Under the pieces are notes generated by a model. That model was not told the origin of the DNA. It ran no database searches and was given only the letters and a program-made list of their open reading frames with translations. This document shows, one piece after another, positions 58,172 to 64,000 of a stretch of DNA of 64,000 nt. The position numbers were made by a program, and so were the translations under genes. Positions within the stretch are counted from its first letter, which is position 1. Each line of letters opens with the position of its first letter. The DNA is from Acidobacteriota bacterium (GTDB lineage Bacteria; Acidobacteriota; UBA890; WLXD01): assembly GCA_965205505.1 (NCBI GenBank), contig CBDBHB010000009.1:1184001-1248000 (forward strand), given 5' to 3'.

Positions 58172-59835
58172 CTAACCGTTGGCCCCGGCGTCTCCGTCGT
58201 CGAGGGCATCCAGGTGGGCGCTGTCGATGAGCAGCGCCGTGGCCTCGCCGATCAGCGCCGTCGCCATGATGCTCTCGGCGCCAGTGGAGCTGGTGGACTG
58301 CTCCATTGGTGAGGGTTTCTCGAAGCCCGACCACCACTCGTCGGCATCGGTCGCGAGCCAGTGGCCAGCGGCCTCGCAATCGAGCAACTGGGCGCGCATC
58401 GTGACGGCGTTCTTGGCGCGCATTCCAGTGTCCTTGGAGAGCCCCTTGAGGATCACCTGCTCCAGGTCGCCGGGGATCTCCGGGTTACGCGATCGCGGCG
58501 GCTCCGGCTGCTTGGTCTGGTGCAGGCGGATGTACTCGCGAACATCAGTTGCGACGAACAACGGGGTGCCGGTGAGGAGGTAGTAGCCGACGGCCGACAA
58601 CGAGTACAGGTCGGCGCGCGGCCCCATCATCTCGGGGTACACCGCTTCCGGGGCCATGGTCTCTGGCGTTCCCATGATGATGCCGTCGAGCTCCGGGGCC
58701 TGCTGGCGGAGGCTCTTCACCAGGCCGAAGTCGAGGATCTTGACGACGTCGTTCTCGCCCCCCTGCCGGCAGAGCATGATGTTGGCGGGCTTGATATCGC
58801 GATGCACCATTCCCTCCGAGTGCGCCTCGGCGAGCGCGCCGCAGGCGGCGGACAGCACGTGGATGACCCGCCCAGCAGGCATCGGACCGGTGCCCTCGAC
58901 GATCTCGCGCAGGTTGGCGCCGTCGAGCAGCTCCATGGCGTAATAGAACACGCTGTCGGCGGTGTGCCCGTAGTCATAGATGCCCACCGAGTTGGGATGA
59001 GTCAGGCGGCTTGTCTGCTTGACCTCGCGCTCGAATCGGCGCAGCGAGCTCTCGCCGGCAATCTCGGGGCGCAGCAGCTTGATCGCGGTGGGGCGGTTCA
59101 ACAGCGAATGGGTGGCGGAATAGACCTCGCCCATGGCCCCGGCGCCGAGCTTGCCGTGGATCTCATACTGGCCCAGGTGTCCAGCCTCGTAGCTGCGGCG
59201 GCGTAGCCCGAGGTTCACACGCGAAGCGACACAGGCCACGCCGATGGCGCCGGCAAGCAATATCTGGTTCTGAATCAGAATGTCGACGTAGTGGCTGCGT
59301 GGGTATGCCTGATCGGGGAAAGCGTACGATGCCCCCTGCCACAGCTGGATCGCCAGCACCCCAATGGGGCCGGGATTGACAGCCAGAACGTGCGTGCCGC
59401 GGAGCTCGGCACCAGCGTCGCACGCGTCAGTATGAAGAGGGTCAGGAACGGCAGTACCAGCGCGAATCCGGAGAAGGAAAACGTGTGCGAGCTCGCATAG
59501 AGCAGCAGACAGGAAGCGACGAGAATCTGCAGCAGCAGCCCGTCCAGCATCGCCAGGCCGCGCTCTGACAGCCGGCGGCTCTGCAGACCGCGCCGAATGA
59601 CCGACGCTCCGACAACGAGCCAGAACAGCGCCGCGTTCGGCAGCGTGGTGACGAACGCCACCAGCACCGTCATCACGCTGTCATCGCCCCGTTGCCACTT
59701 CGCGACTACGAAGGCCGCGGCCAGCACCCCGGTGATGACCGTGACGGCCCCGGCGAGCAGCCGCAGGCGCTGCTGCAGGTAGGTGCGAATTTCCTCGTCG
59801 AACCCTGGGGTCGAGAGCTTGCGTGCGCTACTCAC
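58172..59835 (-). pseudogene. Membrane Ser/Thr protein kinase, frameshifted near 59360
   Basis: TM N-part (59275-59835) and kinase part (GAGAMG, AIK, HRDIKPAN, DFG, APE) in different frames, joined at a G run. Confidence 0.8.
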
Positions 59836-59899
59836 GGCGACTCGCGTGCGGGAATCGGATCGTCGGTGTTGGTGCGACCGATCACGATCACACTACTCC

Positions 59900-60179
59900 T
59901 TAGCAGGGTGCTGAAAAACTCTGGCGGGTCTGGCGCGTGGGTCTTGCTGGCGAGATCAAGGAAGAGCGACGATGGCGATGCCAGGGTGCATCGTCGAGAA
60001 GCTGTAACGCTGAGATCGCCAGCAACCCCCACGCGCCCGAAGGGTTACGGCGTCGTGGGGCCATCTGCGGCGTTGGCCCTCCTGGACGATACAACGAGCA
60101 TCGCCTGCCTTGCGCCGCCTTGCATCTGGCCCCACGACGCCGTAACCAGACCCGCCAGAGTTCTTCAGCACCCTGCTAG
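59900..60179. mobile_element. Miniature inverted-repeat element, end type C
   Basis: TIR CAGGGTGCTGAA(A/G)AACTCTGGCGGGTCTGG; TTAG and CTAG flanks; core shared with type B. Confidence 0.88.
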
Positions 60180-60997
60180 ACGCGCGGCGCGCCGCATGGT
60201 CGCACTCAGTCATCGCGCATGACGCCTGGCTGACCGGTGGCCTCGAGCACCCGTTGCCAAACTGCGCCTTCAACGTCGAGCTGCCGCCGCTCGCTGGTTG
60301 CCAAGGGCAGCGGCACGTGCGTGTAGCGCCCGCCCCAGGTACCCACGAGCATGTCGGTTCGGCCACTGAGTCCCGCGTGCACGGCATGCTGACCGAGGGT
60401 CAGGCAAAGAGCCGAGTCGAAGGCGTTGGCCGGCAGGCTGCGGATCAGATAGCTCGGGTCGATATACTTCGCCGCCGCGACGATGCCGCGCGAGCGGAAG
60501 TGCTCCAAGATGCGCTCTCTCAGAAAGCTGCCGATGTCGGCAAGCGCGGGGTTGCCGGAGGCGTCGCGAGCCGGCCCCTTGTGGGCGGTGTGCTCCTGGC
60601 CGGCGCCCTCGGCGACAACTATGACCGCGTGGCCTCGGGCTTCTACCCTTCGCTCGAGCAGGCTCAGGAAGCCGCCTTCTCCATCGAGCGAGAAGGGCGA
60701 CTCGGGTATCAGGCAGAAGTTGACCTGGTTGTGGGCCAAGGTCGCATGGGCGGCGATGAAGCCAGAGCCCCGGCCCATGAGCTTCACCAAGCCGATCCCG
60801 TTGCGCACGGCGTGCGCCTCGGTATGGGCTGCGACGATCGATCGCGCCGCTTCGTTGACCGCGGTAGCGAACCCGAAGCTGCGCTCCAGCCACAGGATGT
60901 CATTGTCGATGGTCTTCGGAATCCCCACCACTGACCTGACCCCCCAAAACGGATCCAGAGGTAATCTCACGATCTGGGTCGAAAAGGGGAGGTCAGA

Positions 60998-61276
60998 ATG
61001 CCGACGAAGAGGCACAGCGCCGAGCAGATCGTACGCAAGCTCCGGGAGGCTGAAGTGGAGCTGGCGCAAGGCGGGACGGTCAAGGATGCCTGCCGCAAGC
61101 TAGCGATCACCGAGCACACCTACTATCGGTGGCGGCGGGAGTACGGGGGGCTGAAGGTCAACCAGGCCAGAAGGCTCAAGCAGCTGGAGAAAGAAAACGC
61201 CCGGCTCAAGAAACTGGTGGCGGAGAAAGAGCTCGACCTGTCGATCCTGAAGGAAGTCGCGGAGGGAAACTTCTGA
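60998..61276 (+). CDS. IS3 transposase OrfA
   Basis: [22 protein letters not shown] leucine zipper. Confidence 0.92.
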   Translation: MPTKRHSAEQIVRKLREAEVELAQGGTVKDACRKLAITEHTYYRWRREYGGLKVNQARRLKQLEKENARLKKLVAEKELDLSILKEVAEGNF

Positions 61277-62157
61277 GCCCAGCTCGACGGCGCGAGGCGG
61301 TGGCGCATGTACAGGGGCGGCTGGGCGTCTCCGAGAGGCGGGCGTGCCGGGTACTGAAACAACCACGCACGACACACAGGTACATGCCAAGAGAACCGGG
61401 CGATGAGCAGATGTTGACGGAGCGGATCGTGGATCTAGCCCGACAATACGGGCGCTACGGGTATCGGCGAGTGACGGCGTTGTTGCGTATGGAGGGCTGG
61501 TGGGTGAACCACAAACGAGTGCAGCGTATCTGGAGGCGTGAGGGGCTGAAAGTACCGACAAAGCAGCCCAAACGAGCCCGGCTGTGGCTCAGCGATGGCT
61601 CGTGCATCCGGCTGCGACCACAGCGCAAAGATCACGTCTGGGCGTATGACTTCGTTCATCACCGGACGCACGAGGGTCGGGCTATGAGGCTGCTGACGAT
61701 CGTCGATGAGTACACACGAGAAAGCCTGGCGATCGACGTGGCACGGAAGCTCAACTGTGAGGACGTGCTCGAGCGGCTCGGGTGGTTGTTCGTGCACCGG
61801 GGCATACCTGAGCACATCCGGTCCGATAACGGACCGGAGTTCACCGCCGAGGCGGTTCGCGACTGGCTCGGTAGGCTCGGTGTGGGCACGCTGTTCATCG
61901 AGCCGGGCTCGCCGTGGGAGAACGGCTACGTGGAGAGCTTCAACGGCAAGCTCCGAGACGAGCTGCTCAACGGCGAGATCTTCTACACGCTCAAGGAGGC
62001 AAAGGTTCTGATCGAGAGATGGAGGCAGCAGTACAACCGCATGCGACCGCACAGCTCGTTGGGCTACCGACCACCGGCCCCGGAGGCGCTGTTGTTGAAG
62101 CCGGCTACGCTCCGCTTCGCCGGCCTCAACAACCCCTTGTCAGCACCGAGTTACTGA
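61273..62157 (+). CDS. IS3 transposase OrfB (DDE), via -1 frameshift at GGGAAAC 61264-61270
   Basis: YGYRR, W.YDF, SDNGPEF, ESFNG, RPHSSLG. Confidence 0.92.
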   Translation: MSPARRREAVAHVQGRLGVSERRACRVLKQPRTTHRYMPREPGDEQMLTERIVDLARQYGRYGYRRVTALLRMEGWWVNHKRVQRIWRREGLKVPTKQPKRARLWLSDGSCIRLRPQRKDHVWAYDFVHHRTHEGRAMRLLTIVDEYTRESLAIDVARKLNCEDVLERLGWLFVHRGIPEHIRSDNGPEFTAEAVRDWLGRLGVGTLFIEPGSPWENGYVESFNGKLRDELLNGEIFYTLKEAKVLIERWRQQYNRMRPHSSLGYRPPAPEALLLKPATLRFAGLNNPLSAPSY

Positions 62158-62933
62158 GATAAGACGTGGTACTAACCGTGGGGTCAGGTCACCACCGCGA
62201 TAGGCAGACCGCGTTGTGTGATCGCCGCGGCCAACTCCGAAGCGCCTGCCAGAGTGCCGTCACCGCCGATGGCGAAGAGCACGTCAATCTGGCGTCGCTG
62301 CAACTCGTCGGCGGCGTCGAGTCCGCGGTTGGAGCCCAAGATGGTGCCGCCAAGGGCATGGATGTCATGCCATCGGGGCGGTCATCCGCCAGGCCGGAAG
62401 ATGCGGACAGGCCGGCGTAGCCATAGCGGAACAGAACCCGGCGCACACCGTACACGTGCCACGCGGTGAGCACGATGGCGCGGATGACATCGTTGATCCC
62501 AGGGCACAATCCGCCGCAGGTGACGATGCCAATGCTCGTGTTCGGCGGGTCGAAGAAGAGCCGGGCCCGCGGTCCCGCGGCTTCAAACGCCGGCACTGGG
62601 CCCACGACGTCGGCCAGTGTCTGGGTGTCGGATGGGATCAGGACGCCGAGCTCGTCGGCCACCAGCACGACGTCCCGGGACGCCAGCGGTGACCCTCGCC
62701 GAGGCGTTCCAAGGCGCCGAATACGGAGTTGATCTGGCGTCGGCAGTATTGGCAACGGAGGTTCGCCTCGCTTGGTCGGCACGCCATGACTGTAGCCGCG
62801 GACCGCGCCGGCTGCCAGCAAGCCGTGGTGCTGACGATTGGCGCGGCCCGGGGCGCCGCCAGGCTGGGCAGAGCGCCGTTCGGTGTTCATGCGACGAACG
62901 GCCTTGCGATTAGGTGAATGGCTGCTCAATAAT

Positions 62934-62951
62934 TGAATGAACACTCATTCA
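62934..62951. promoter_or_regulatory. Putative TetR operator TGAATGA-N4-TCATTCA
   Basis: Inverted repeat just upstream of tetR, with related half-sites at about 62915 and 62962. Confidence 0.6.
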
Positions 62952-62972
62952 TAACTACGGAAATGAACGCTC

Positions 62973-63635
62973 ATGTCAGAAAGTGTCTCGTCCCCTGCGG
63001 CCGGGCCGGGCGCGGACCGCGGATCCCCCGCCAGCACGGATCGAACTCGCCGACGCCGCGAGCGCATTCTCGATGCTGCCACCGAGGAGATCGCGGCGGT
63101 CGGCTACCAGCGCGCCACCGTACGGGCGATCGCCCGACGCGCCGGAGTGGCAGACGGGACTATCTACAACTACTTCAGCGACAAGAGCGACCTGTTGCTC
63201 GGCCTTCTCGCTCGCCTGACCGAGGCCGAGCGCCGCAAGGTCGACTTGGGTCAGAAGCCGGCGTCGAGTTTTCGCGTCCTGCTGGGCGCCTATCTTCGGC
63301 ATCGGCTCGATATCCTCTGGCAGCGGCTCGAGCTGCTCCGCGCGACGTGGCCGGAGTTGCTGATAGACCCGGAGCATCGACGCGGCTACTACGAGCAAGT
63401 GCTGCGGCCGGCGACCGCCCTGGGCGAGACTCTGCTCGCCGATCTGGCGGCACGCGGTAGCGTACAGACGGCGGACCCAGCGCTCGCTGCTAGAGTGATA
63501 ACGGCAAGCATCCTCGGGCTCATCTTGCAGCGACTGCTTGGCGACGAAACGGTCGATGAGCGGCGCGACGAGCTCCCAGAGATTCTCACCACGATCTTGC
63601 TCGACGGGCTGCGGCCACGCGACGGCGCCCCCTGA
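62973..63635 (+). CDS. TetR/AcrR family regulator
   Basis: IL.AA...GY..AT...IA..AGVA.GTIYNYF..K. Confidence 0.92.
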   Translation: MSESVSSPAAGPGADRGSPASTDRTRRRRERILDAATEEIAAVGYQRATVRAIARRAGVADGTIYNYFSDKSDLLLGLLARLTEAERRKVDLGQKPASSFRVLLGAYLRHRLDILWQRLELLRATWPELLIDPEHRRGYYEQVLRPATALGETLLADLAARGSVQTADPALAARVITASILGLILQRLLGDETVDERRDELPEILTTILLDGLRPRDGAP

Positions 63636-63663
63636 GGTCGTGTGCGCGGCGGCCGCCTCGCGG

Positions 63664-64000
63664 CTACTGCAGCGGCTCGAGATCGCCCAGCAAGGTGGGA
63701 ATCAGCTCTGAAACGGTCTCTACGTTTGTGGTGGAGCGCTGGACGATGCGGTCCTTCCTTGCTTTGACGGCGCCCATGTTGACCGCGATCGAGCCGTCGA
63801 TCTCGACACCGTATTCAGCTGCTCGCCGTGCGACACGTGCGGTCCGGGCGCTTGCCACGAGTGCCTTGGTCGGCGTGCATCCCTCGTTCACGCAGGTGCC
63901 GCCGAACCGATCGCGCTCGACGATCGCTACCTTCCAGCCTTCGCCGGCCAAACGAGCCGCCAGCGAGGGACCAGCCTGTCCGGTGCCGATGATGAGGGCG
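63664..64000 (-). pseudogene. Pyridine nucleotide-disulfide oxidoreductase (MerA/LpdA-like), internally deleted, 5'-partial
   Basis: IIGTGQAG, GGTCVNEGCTPTK, then directly the C-terminal TVSELIPT. Confidence 0.8.

Larger units (their letters stand above)
60932..62191 (+). mobile_element. IS3 family insertion sequence
   Basis: TIR TGACCTGACCCC / GGGGTCAGGTCA; 4-bp target duplication CCAC (60928-60931 and 62192-62195). Confidence 0.95.
60206..62789 (-). pseudogene. pfkA: 6-phosphofructokinase interrupted by IS3, with further frameshifts
   Basis: [32 protein letters not shown]; PIAV|VGIPK rejoins across the IS; start approximate. Confidence 0.88.

Noticed and set aside
6200-60179. CRISPR array or integron attC array as explanation for the repeats
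   Set aside because: Repeats are dispersed, about 279 bp, TIR-bounded, with no regular spacers; no cas or intI gene

Overview
GC-rich bacterial chromosome segment; gene content and the tmRNA tag are compatible with an Acidobacteriota-like genome (inference). The left half (1-30.9 kb) is accessory: exported hydrolases, amidohydrolases, peptidases, transporters, and a porin/CuA-cupredoxin/di-heme operon under tandem DtxR-type boxes. The right half has tmRNA, an ECF sigma operon, radC, tatD, gatCA, an S41 protease, ABC and envelope genes. Main structural signals: (i) about 13 full or partial copies of a ~279-bp quasi-palindromic CTAG-flanked miniature element, with three different terminal inverted repeats but one shared core; (ii) an IS1111-type IS110 element inserted at the CTAG junction of two such elements, whose 3' noncoding RNA has guide loops matching the reconstructed target; (iii) an integrase-less 3.4-kb islet inserted in radC that duplicates the radC 3' end; (iv) an IS3 interrupting pfk; (v) many frameshifted or internally deleted genes.
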